Source of the DNA: an uncultured Chitinophagales bacterium
Lineage (GTDB): Bacteria > Bacteroidota > Bacteroidia > Chitinophagales > CAZIGO01
Assembly (NCBI GenBank): GCA_964538595.1
Contig: CAZIGO010000001.1
Coordinates: 1-36,128, forward strand
Direction of reading: 5' to 3'
DNA length: 36,128 bases
Shown: positions 18,508-25,833 of the stretch, piece by piece
Position numbering within the stretch: position 1 is the stretch's first letter
How the letters are laid out: every line of letters begins with the position of its first letter
Notes under the pieces: model-generated
Told to the model about the DNA's origin: nothing
The model's input: the letters and a program-made list of their open reading frames with translations, nothing else
The model's database searches: none
Program-made: the position numbers and the translations under genes

Positions 18508-18563
18508 ATATCAATTTATATCAATTTGATACAACTGTATCAATTTGAAACAAAATATTGATA
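18508..18563. promoter_or_regulatory. Cluster of TATCAA/TTGATA half-sites (candidate operator array) upstream of the ArsR-family gene
   Basis: There is a perfect tandem ATATCAATTT x2 (18508-18527). TTGATA-N6-TATCAA forms an inverted repeat (18526-18543). TATCAAT-N12-ATTGATA forms a perfect 7-bp inverted repeat (18538-18563). A sixth half-site TTGATA lies at 18629-18634, 42 nt before ATG 18676. Confidence 0.45.
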
Positions 18564-18675
18564 TATGTATAGTTAAAAATGTCACGAAACCCTCATGATA
18601 GCAGGGTTAATACATTTTGGCATGCTTTTTGATATCTAATAAATAGAATAAATTTTTTCATCTAAACCAATAACT

Positions 18676-19026
18676 ATGGAAGCTGTAGCAGAAAAAAAAG
18701 GAATTACGCTCTCAAAAAATGGGGTTAATTCTGAAAAGATTACACTCGATTACGATGAACTTCAAAAAGCGGCTATGGTGCTGCGTGCTATTAACCACCC
18801 TTTACGTCAAAAAATGATCGAGCTTATCGATAAGGAAGGCTCTATCAATGTGACTAAAATTTACGTAAAGTTACGATTAGAGCAATCAGTCGCTTCTCAA
18901 CACTTAGCCATACTTAGAAATGAGGGCTTTGTTAATGCAGAGCGAGATGGTAAATTCATCTATTATTCGGTCAATAAAGACCGCATTTCCGAGGTGGCGG
19001 AGATGATTGATGAGATTACTCAATAA
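18676..19026 (+). CDS. ArsR/SmtB-family winged-helix transcriptional regulator (no metal-sensing cysteines)
   Basis: 116 aa with the HTH core LRAINHPLRQKMIELIDKEGSINVTKIYVKLRLEQSVASQHLAILRNEGFVNAERDGKFIYYSV. The protein has no Cys at all, so the ELCVCDL-type metal site is absent. Confidence 0.8.
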   Translation: MEAVAEKKGITLSKNGVNSEKITLDYDELQKAAMVLRAINHPLRQKMIELIDKEGSINVTKIYVKLRLEQSVASQHLAILRNEGFVNAERDGKFIYYSVNKDRISEVAEMIDEITQ

Positions 19027-19060
19027 AGAGCTACTCATCATACTGCTGTTTTAACTTTAA

Positions 19061-19097
19061 AAGGATGGAGGAGTCTTCCTTCATCCTTTTTTTATTT
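19061..19097 (+). terminator. Rho-independent terminator of the ArsR-family gene
   Basis: AAGGATGGAGGA-gtct-TCCTTCATCCTT forms a 12-bp stem (one G.U pair) with a 4-nt loop, followed by TTTTTATTT. It begins 35 nt after the stop codon. Confidence 0.75.
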
Positions 19098-19148
19098 GTG
19101 TTATCTCATCTACTTGATAAGTAAGCTAATTATAAAACTCAATAATAA

Positions 19149-19412
19149 TTAGATTTTGCTCATATTTATCAAAATGAGGCTGAATTTCATATTGCGGCTC
19201 AGTTTTTTATTAGTAAAATCTTTGTTTTAAACTTCTCACTCTCTGGCCAAACAAATATCAGAGTGCCTAATGCGGAAGTACGTCAGGTAATGCAAGGAAA
19301 CTATATCCCTTCTGCTTACCAATCTTCTGAAGTAATAGATCAGCCCCGCCCTATCACATGCGGCTTACAACGAAAAATGGCAATGTATAATCGTACCATA
19401 CGATTATGGTAA
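19149..19412 (+). pseudogene. Probable remnant of the 5' end of a secreted (M28-like?) peptidase gene
   Basis: An 87-codon open frame without a usable start reads ...IAAQFFISKIFVLNFSLSGQTNIRVPNAEVRQVMQGNYIPSAYQSSEVIDQPRPITCGLQRKM...W*. It looks like a signal-peptide end followed by the xQTNxxVxNxExxQVxxGNYxPxxYxxSxVID pattern I recall from N-termini of Bacteroidota secreted M28 aminopeptidases. A signal-peptide-like ATG ORF (19174, MRLNFILRLSFLLVKSLF*) lies in a different frame, which suggests a frameshift plus truncation. Confidence 0.35.
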
Positions 19413-19685
19413 ATTAAGCAGGTTACCGTCTTATAACAGCTGTAATAACTTGTTATCGCCTCTTTAACGATAATACAGTTTTAATATAACAAGGATGTTA
19501 AAATATTTTTTTTGTATCAAAAGCAGTCCTCTCATCAAGTATTTTATCATTGGCTTATTGGTCAAGTTGGCAATGCCCCTTTCTATATTATTACGGAACA
19601 ATGAACTTCCCTTAATGTAAAAAGGTAACTCTTTAGTATACACTTCATCAAAAAGAGCAGAAAAACAGAGGATCAAAACTTTCGC

Positions 19686-20138
19686 TCACTCTTTATGTTT
19701 AGTATCTGCTATAATGGTAACGGGTCCCTTGTTTGTTAACGACACATCCATAGTAGCACCAAATTTTCCTTCTTTGACTTCATCCTCTAAGTCTTTCTCC
19801 ATTTGGGCTACAAATTGTTCATAAAGTGGCTCTGCTATATCCGGGGAAGCAGCTCGAAAGTAAGAGGGCCGATTACCCTTTTTAATACTGGCATGAAGGG
19901 TGAACTGGCTAACAATCAAAATTTCGCCATTTATATCACGGACAGACCAATTCATCTTACCGTCTTCATCATCAAAAATGCGCATATTAGCTATCTTACG
20001 GCTGAGCCATTCCACATCTTCTTGTTCATCCGAATCTTCAATACCTATAAAAACCACCAACCCCTTATCAATAGAACGTTTTTCGTTCTCGTTAATAGTG
20101 ACACTTGCTTTACTGACGCGTTGTATTATAGCCCGCAT
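19686..20138 (-). CDS. dtd: D-aminoacyl-tRNA deacylase
   Basis: MRAIIQRVSKASV start, a SQFTLHA motif and a C-terminal NKGPVT motif. The 150-aa length fits Dtd. Confidence 0.93.
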   Translation of the reverse strand: MRAIIQRVSKASVTINENEKRSIDKGLVVFIGIEDSDEQEDVEWLSRKIANMRIFDDEDGKMNWSVRDINGEILIVSQFTLHASIKKGNRPSYFRAASPDIAEPLYEQFVAQMEKDLEDEVKEGKFGATMDVSLTNKGPVTIIADTKHKE

Positions 20139-20166
20139 AGATCAACTTTGGGTTTTATAAAATCAT

Positions 20167-21105
20167 CTATTTATAGCGTTGTTCCTCTTGCCATTGCACT
20201 TCCTTCAATATCTTCAAATAATTCTTATATCGAGACTGAGCAATTTCACCCTCTTCCACGGCTTGTTTTACGGCACACTTGGGTTCATTATGATGTAAAC
20301 AGTTATTGAATTGACAATCGTTTAAAAAATTATGCATTTCCGGGAAGCAGAAGGCCACCTCCAGAGGTTCCATATCTACTAACTCAAACTCTTTAATACC
20401 CGGTGTGTCAATCAACCAACCTCCAAAAGGCAATGAATACATTGCTGCGTAAGAGGTAGCATGGCGTCCCTTCCCCGAACCCTGGGATACAGTTTTGGTT
20501 TTCAAACGGAGGTCCGGGATCAACTGATTGATCAGTGTAGATTTTCCCACTCCAGAATGACCTGCTAACAAAGTGGTCTGGTCGGATAATTCTTTTTTCA
20601 ATGGGGAAAGTCCTTCATCTTCCTGGGCCGAGATAAAATAGGTTTTATAACCAATATTTTCATAAAGTGCTGCCGTTTCTTTGACCTTTTTCTTTTGTTC
20701 TTTCGAATAGATATCCCACTTGTTAAAAACTATTACAGCTGGAATTTCATAAGCCGTACTGGTGGCTAAAAACCGATCAATAAATCCCAAGCTGGTAGGA
20801 GGTTGGGCCCAAGTTACCAACAGCATACTCTGATCCAGATTAGCAGCAATTATGTGTGATTTACGATGGAGATGAGGAGTGGACCGAATAATATAGTTGT
20901 GCCGCTCCAAAATTTCGGTAATCCATCCCGTCTCTTGCTTAGGTTCTTCTTTAAACTTAACATAATCCCCGACTACCAAGGGGTTAGTAGTTTTTTGCTC
21001 CTGTAAACGGAACTTCCCCCGCATACGACACTCCACATCTTCTCCTTTTTCACTATGTACTGTATACCAACTACCGGTAGCGGCTGTAACTACTCCTTTG
21101 GGCAT
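20167..21105 (-). CDS. rsgA: Ribosome small-subunit-dependent GTPase A
   Basis: N-terminal OB fold, circularly permuted GTPase (NKWD ... GHSGVGKSTLIN ... DTPG) and a C-terminal zinc knuckle (CQFNNCLHHNEPKCAV). Confidence 0.93.
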   Translation of the reverse strand: MPKGVVTAATGSWYTVHSEKGEDVECRMRGKFRLQEQKTTNPLVVGDYVKFKEEPKQETGWITEILERHNYIIRSTPHLHRKSHIIAANLDQSMLLVTWAQPPTSLGFIDRFLATSTAYEIPAVIVFNKWDIYSKEQKKKVKETAALYENIGYKTYFISAQEDEGLSPLKKELSDQTTLLAGHSGVGKSTLINQLIPDLRLKTKTVSQGSGKGRHATSYAAMYSLPFGGWLIDTPGIKEFELVDMEPLEVAFCFPEMHNFLNDCQFNNCLHHNEPKCAVKQAVEEGEIAQSRYKNYLKILKEVQWQEEQRYK

Positions 21106-21189
21106 GATTGGTTGAAGTTACAAAAATTTTCTTTAATATAGAGCAGGGAGAAAAGAGGATCATGAATATGATAATTTAACCATTTTCCA

Positions 21190-21220
21190 TTGACTATTTA
21201 ATTGACCTATATTATCTTTG
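21190..21220 (+). promoter_or_regulatory. Candidate Bacteroidota promoter: -33 TTG (21190-21192) and -7 TATCTTTG (21213-21220)
   Basis: Exact TAnnTTTG match 17 nt before ATG 21238, with a TTG 20 nt upstream of the box. It lies in the divergent rsgA/DUF4293 intergenic region. Confidence 0.45.
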
Positions 21221-21237
21221 CTAAAAAATAATTAAGC

Positions 21238-21699
21238 ATGATCCAACGGATACAGTCGCTTTATTTACTCTTTGCCGCTCTCGCCCTCATTTTATTATTT
21301 TTTATTCCTTATGCCGGTGTTATCCCAGAGCTGAGTGAGCTTCCCCAACAAATGTTGAAAGAGCAATCCACTACTGTCAACTTAAAAATTCAGGATCATA
21401 CATTATCGATGGTGTTAACAATACTTCCTATCATTTCCAGCTTTATAGCTATTTTCCTCTTTGAAAACCGTCCTTTACAAGCAAAGCTTTGTCTTGCCAA
21501 TTTAGTAATGATCAGTGCTTTATTAATCGCCTTGATCGGTTTAATTTATCAATATGAAAAAAACTTTTTCAATCGGCATTTGGAAAACTTTGACCTTGGT
21601 CTTCTGCTGCCAATAATAGCAATGATACTCACCTACTTGGCCTACCGGGGTATTCGACATGATGAAGAACTGGTGCGTTCCGCCGATCGTTTCTGGTAA
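21238..21699 (+). CDS. DUF4293-family integral membrane protein
   Basis: 153 aa with four predicted TM helices. The N-terminus MIQRIQSLYLLFAALALILLFFIPYA matches my recollection of DUF4293, which is restricted to Bacteroidota. Confidence 0.55.
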   Translation: MIQRIQSLYLLFAALALILLFFIPYAGVIPELSELPQQMLKEQSTTVNLKIQDHTLSMVLTILPIISSFIAIFLFENRPLQAKLCLANLVMISALLIALIGLIYQYEKNFFNRHLENFDLGLLLPIIAMILTYLAYRGIRHDEELVRSADRFW

Positions 21700-21711
21700 A
21701 ACAGTAACCTT

Positions 21712-22365
21712 ATGTCAAAAGGCAAGCGAGAAAAATGGGCAGAGTTCAGTAGCTTTGCCAATACTCTTGAACCCTATGATGATCCAATTGCTTTAAAAGG
21801 GAATTGGCGAGAAGAGTATTTTAAAAATGATCATCCCCTCTTTTTGGAATTAGCTTGTGGTAAAGCAGAATATGCAGTTACCTTAGCTGAACTATACCCC
21901 CAATGGAATTATGTAGCAGTAGATATTAAGAGTGATCGTATGTGGAAAGGGGCGCAGCGAGCTTTAGAAAAAGGGCTCAGTAATATTGCTTTTTTGCGTA
22001 TACAAATTGAACATCTTCTTGATTTTTTTGCTGAAGATGAAGTGCAAGAAATTTGGCTCACTTTTCCGGATCCTTTTCCCAAACGCAAACATCGAAAAAA
22101 GCGACTCACCCATGCCCGCTTTCTCCACTATTATAAAAAAATCTTATCTCCCCAATGCCAAGTCCATTTAAAAACCGATGCCCGTTCCCTGTTTATTTAC
22201 ACTAAACAACAGTTACAACAAGAAGGCGGAACAATAAAAGAAGAAATAGAAGATTTATATAACCCCTCCAAACAGTTACCTGCTATTCTGACAATCAAAA
22301 CCTTTTATGAACAACAACATCTTAAGGAAGGTCGAACTATTTATTATCTACGTTTCCGCCCCTAA
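21712..22365 (+). CDS. trmB: tRNA (guanine46-N7)-methyltransferase
   Basis: The SAM-binding LELACGKAEY, the FPDPFPKRKHRKKRL motif and the 217-aa length are characteristic of TrmB. Confidence 0.9.
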   Translation: MSKGKREKWAEFSSFANTLEPYDDPIALKGNWREEYFKNDHPLFLELACGKAEYAVTLAELYPQWNYVAVDIKSDRMWKGAQRALEKGLSNIAFLRIQIEHLLDFFAEDEVQEIWLTFPDPFPKRKHRKKRLTHARFLHYYKKILSPQCQVHLKTDARSLFIYTKQQLQQEGGTIKEEIEDLYNPSKQLPAILTIKTFYEQQHLKEGRTIYYLRFRP

Positions 22366-22980
22366 TTGATCAAGCAAATCAGCTACTTCATCAAATGATT
22401 TGAGACCGGTTTCTTCTTCACCTGCTGCTTCAATATTAATACCGGCCGGTTTCCATTCTTCAATAATTGGCCTAATGCGGGCTTTCGTCCACGACATATT
22501 TAAAATAATGGGGTATTCATTTGTCAAAGATTTTAAAGAGGATATCGAAAAAGGAAGATTATCTGTGGAATCTACTGAGGGTAACGTTATTTCGAAATAG
22601 CGTACCGTTGCTTTCCAGTTATTAAGGATCTTTTGAATCCCTGCAACATCCGTTTTTTTATTCACGGGCAAGTTCCCGATCAGTGGATATTGAACAGCTG
22701 CCATATCCCCCTTCAAGGAGGTTAGCGGTATTTTTAAAAAGTCAAGTTCCAATGCTTCTGCTACCTCATGCATCTTGCTAGTAGTATAATTGCCCATTTC
22801 CCCCACCAAAGCCGGGCCCGTTATCCATTGAGCAATATCATGAACCGTCATAGGAGTCACACATCGGTCACTTTCATCATCCAAACAAAACTCCAGCCAA
22901 TCTACTTGAGCCCCAGCAAAATACCGGGCTTCCGTCAAGTTATCTATATTACTCACTTTCACTTTGGTAATCAGCGCCAT
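22348..22980 (-). CDS. TrpF-like (phosphoribosylanthranilate isomerase fold) protein, probably non-canonical
   Basis: The pattern KVKVSNIDNLTEARYFAGAQVDWLEF...VTPMTVHDIAQ...LDFLKIP...GINIEAAGEEETGLKSFDEV aligns by eye with TrpF (KICGITxxEDAxxxxxxGADxxGFxF...SPRxV...VQLH...GVDVSSGVExxPGxKD). The catalytic Cys of KICG is Ser here. No other trp genes are nearby. The 3' end overlaps the trmB 3' end by 18 nt. Confidence 0.4.
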   Translation of the reverse strand: MALITKVKVSNIDNLTEARYFAGAQVDWLEFCLDDESDRCVTPMTVHDIAQWITGPALVGEMGNYTTSKMHEVAEALELDFLKIPLTSLKGDMAAVQYPLIGNLPVNKKTDVAGIQKILNNWKATVRYFEITLPSVDSTDNLPFSISSLKSLTNEYPIILNMSWTKARIRPIIEEWKPAGINIEAAGEEETGLKSFDEVADLLDQLGAET

Positions 22981-23005
22981 TTATTATAAATTTAATTACT
23001 CTCCT

Positions 23006-23013
23006 CAAAATTA
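23006..23013 (-). promoter_or_regulatory. Candidate -7 promoter box (TAATTTTG on the minus strand) for the TrpF-like gene
   Basis: The plus strand reads CAAAATTA, which is TAATTTTG on the minus strand, 25 nt upstream of the ATG at 22980. Confidence 0.35.
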
Positions 23014-23050
23014 GGGGAAAAGGGTTATTTTTTTAAGTTAGCTTGCTGTT

Positions 23051-23416
23051 ATGTCACCCACTCTTGAACAATCCTTTTTTGAAAGAGTTTATGAAGTGGC
23101 CCGACAAATTCCTTATGGCCGGGTAACTACTTACGGGGCCATAGCCCGAAGTATTGGGGCTCCCAATAGCGCTCGTATGGTAGGGTGGGCGATGAACCAT
23201 TCTTTAAAACAAGAACCTCCGGTACCGGCTCACCGCGTAGTTAACCGGCATGGTGTGTTAACCGGTAAAAAACATTTCAACCCTCCTCAACTTATGGAGG
23301 AACTTTTAACCAATGAAGGGATAGAAATACAGGAGGATCAAATAGTAAATTTCGAAAAGCATTTTTGGGACCCTGGACCCCAATTGACAGACCTTCACTC
23401 TGAAGCAACAAATTAA
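23051..23416 (+). CDS. Alkyltransferase-like (ATL) protein / MGMT-family DNA-binding domain without the acceptor cysteine
   Basis: Core IPYGRVTTYGAIARSIGAPNSARMVGWAM...PAHRVVNRHG. The PCHRV active-site Cys of O6-alkylguanine transferases is replaced by Ala, as in ATL/YbaZ-type proteins. 121 aa with no N-terminal MGMT domain. Confidence 0.75.
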   Translation: MSPTLEQSFFERVYEVARQIPYGRVTTYGAIARSIGAPNSARMVGWAMNHSLKQEPPVPAHRVVNRHGVLTGKKHFNPPQLMEELLTNEGIEIQEDQIVNFEKHFWDPGPQLTDLHSEATN

Positions 23417-23508
23417 GTTGACACTAAAGATGAGCCAAATCTTCATATAGGAGAACAGGATAAAATAAGAATCAAATAAGAAACTTGCTGTTTCATTGGG
23501 TCATGTCT

Positions 23509-23516
23509 TATCTTTG
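23509..23516 (+). promoter_or_regulatory. Candidate -7 promoter box TATCTTTG (with TTG at 23485-23487) for purK
   Basis: Exact TAnnTTTG match 31 nt before ATG 23548. A TTG lies 21 nt upstream of the box. Confidence 0.45.
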
Positions 23517-23547
23517 CCTAACCGATCATTAAAATCAGTTTTTTATT

Positions 23548-24690
23548 ATGGCTACTGATTACAATCAACATATCAGGTTAGGCATATTAGGAGGGGGACA
23601 GTTGGGGAAAATGCTATTACAAGAGATGGTCAATTATGCCATTACCCCTTATGTACTCAGCCAATATAAAGAGGGTCCTTGTACAGATATATGTGCCCAT
23701 TATGATACAGGAGATTTTACTGATTTTGATACCGTCTATCAATTTGGGCAGAAAGTGGATGTACTGACCATTGAAATTGAGAATGTAAACACCGAGGCCT
23801 TAAAAAAGCTACAGTCAGAGGGAGTGACCGTGTACCCTCAGCCCGAAATTATCGAGATTGTACAAGATAAAGGCCAACAAAAAGAATTTTATCTTGAAAA
23901 AGGAATACCGACAGCGGATTTTCATCTTATTGAGGGAAAGGAGCAGATCCATGAACACAAAGATTTTTTGCCGGCTGTCCAAAAGATTCGGGTTGGTGGC
24001 TACGATGGGAAAGGAGTACAAAAGATCCCTGATGCACTCAATATCGATCAGGGATTTGATTCACCCAGTGTTTTGGAAAAGTTTGTCCCTATGGAAACGG
24101 AGTTGGCGGTGATCGTGGCACGCAATGCAAAAGGGCAGGCTACAACATTTCCCCCGGTAGAATTAAAGTTTCACAGCGAAGCCAACCTGGTGGAGTATTT
24201 GTTCTCTCCTTCCTCTATGGAACATAACATACAGGAGAAAGCCCGGCAAGTAGCTCAAAAAGTGGCAGAGGCGTTGGACATAACCGGTATCTTAGCCGTA
24301 GAGATCTTTGTGAGCAAAGAGCATAAGGTATACGTTAATGAAATTGCTCCTCGACCCCACAACAGTGGTCATCACACTATTGAAGCTAATCTTATTTCTC
24401 AGTTTGAACAATTGACCCGCACTTTGCTTAACCTACCCTTAGGAGCGACTGACCTCATACAACCTGCTGTGATGGTTAATCTGTTAGGGGCCGAAGATCA
24501 TGAGGGAAGAGCCAAATATCATAACATTGACAAAATTCTTGAAATGCCCGGTATTCACCTTCATTTATATGGCAAAAAACATACTTATCCTTATCGCAAA
24601 ATGGGCCATGTGACGGCAGTCGGTAAAGACCTCAACACGGCCATTGAAAAAGCCAAGCGGGTACAAGCGCTCGTTCAAGTAACCACCTAA
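23548..24690 (+). CDS. purK: 5-(carboxyamino)imidazole ribonucleotide synthase (N5-CAIR synthase)
   Basis: ATP-grasp enzyme with GILGGGQLGKML at the N-terminus, VNEIAPRPHNSGHHT, and the C-terminal RKMGHVT. 380 aa. Confidence 0.92.
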   Translation: MATDYNQHIRLGILGGGQLGKMLLQEMVNYAITPYVLSQYKEGPCTDICAHYDTGDFTDFDTVYQFGQKVDVLTIEIENVNTEALKKLQSEGVTVYPQPEIIEIVQDKGQQKEFYLEKGIPTADFHLIEGKEQIHEHKDFLPAVQKIRVGGYDGKGVQKIPDALNIDQGFDSPSVLEKFVPMETELAVIVARNAKGQATTFPPVELKFHSEANLVEYLFSPSSMEHNIQEKARQVAQKVAEALDITGILAVEIFVSKEHKVYVNEIAPRPHNSGHHTIEANLISQFEQLTRTLLNLPLGATDLIQPAVMVNLLGAEDHEGRAKYHNIDKILEMPGIHLHLYGKKHTYPYRKMGHVTAVGKDLNTAIEKAKRVQALVQVTT

Positions 24691-24784
24691 CTATTCCAAC
24701 AGAAAGGGGAACGGGTATCAATGAGGAAACTCCCTAAAAATTTGTATATTTCTTTCATCTGTTCATCATTTCAAACACACCCTT

Positions 24785-25828
24785 ATGCTCAAAATTGATA
24801 TTCATACCCATATCATTCCCAAAGACTTACCCAAATTTAAAGATAAGTTCGGATACGGCGGTTTTATTCACTTAGATCACCATAAACCTTGCTGTGCCAA
24901 AATGATGAAAGATGACGAGTTTTTCCGGGAGATAGAAGATAATACCTGGAGTCCGAAGCGCCGTATGGAAGAGTGTGATGAAGACGGTGTCGATGTACAA
25001 GTTCTTTCCACAATACCGGTAATGTTCAGTTATTGGGCCAAACCCCAAGATGCTTTGACCGTTAGCGAATATTTGAATGATCACATCGCCGGAATCGTTG
25101 ATGAATACCCTCACCGCTTTGCCGGGCTGGGCACTTTACCGATGCAAGATCCTGACCTTGCTATTCAAGAACTAGAACGCTGTATTAATGACTTAGGGTT
25201 AGCAGGTATAGAAATAGGAACACACGTTAATAAATGGAACCTCAATGCTCCTGAAATAATGCGTGTTTTTGAGGCTTGTGAAGATCTGGGAGCAGCCGTT
25301 TTTGTTCATCCCTGGGATATGATGGGGCAACCCGACATGCCCGATTATTGGCTCCCTTGGTTGGTGAGCATGCCTGCAGAAACTTCCCGGGCTTTATGCT
25401 CCATGATCTTTGGAGGTGTGTTCGAAAAATACCCGGATCTTAAAGTAGCTTTTGCTCACGGTGGGGGCTCCTTTCCCCAAACTATTGGCCGTATTGAATG
25501 GGGGTTTAAAGTACGTCCTGACCTCTGCCAAGTAGATAATGATGTGAATCCCCGCGATTATTTAGGCCATTTTTACTTAGATTCTTTAGTCCATGACAAA
25601 ACAGTGCTCGATTATATTGTAGACTTAGTGGGATCCGATAAAATTGCCCTGGGCTCGGATTATCCTTTCCCTTTAGGAGAACACCACCCGGGTCAACTTA
25701 TTGAAAGCACAGATTACGATGAGAAAACAAAGGCTAACCTCCTACATAATGCGGCCTTGGATTGGTTAGATTTAAGCAAGGAACGCTTTACTTCCTCAAA
25801 AGAGCAACAGCAGGAATCCAAAGCTTAG
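24785..25828 (+). CDS. 2-amino-3-carboxymuconate-6-semialdehyde decarboxylase (ACMSD; amidohydrolase_2 family)
   Basis: IDIHTHIIPKDLP start with the metal-binding HxH. Long stretches match remembered animal and bacterial ACMSD: FGYGGF, LSTIPVMFSYWAKPQD, GLGTLPMQDPDLA, FVHPWDM, YWLPWLVSMPAETSRALCSMIFGGVFEKYPDLKVAFAHGGGSFP, RPDLC, LGSDYPFPLGE. Confidence 0.88.
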   Translation: MLKIDIHTHIIPKDLPKFKDKFGYGGFIHLDHHKPCCAKMMKDDEFFREIEDNTWSPKRRMEECDEDGVDVQVLSTIPVMFSYWAKPQDALTVSEYLNDHIAGIVDEYPHRFAGLGTLPMQDPDLAIQELERCINDLGLAGIEIGTHVNKWNLNAPEIMRVFEACEDLGAAVFVHPWDMMGQPDMPDYWLPWLVSMPAETSRALCSMIFGGVFEKYPDLKVAFAHGGGSFPQTIGRIEWGFKVRPDLCQVDNDVNPRDYLGHFYLDSLVHDKTVLDYIVDLVGSDKIALGSDYPFPLGEHHPGQLIESTDYDEKTKANLLHNAALDWLDLSKERFTSSKEQQQESKA

Positions 25829-25833
25829 ACCAC

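Noticed and set aside
19464-19676. 70-aa minus-strand ORF (TTG start) between the gene remnant and dtd
   Set aside because: It has no recognisable motif, uses a non-ATG start, has an odd hydrophobic/basic composition, and sits in a region that looks degenerate. It may be real, but I cannot support it.
19027-19685. Possible mobile-element scar or insertion sequence in the long arsR-dtd gap
   Set aside because: I saw no terminal inverted repeats, target-site duplications, or transposase or integrase fragments. The only coding-like signal resembles a peptidase N-terminus.
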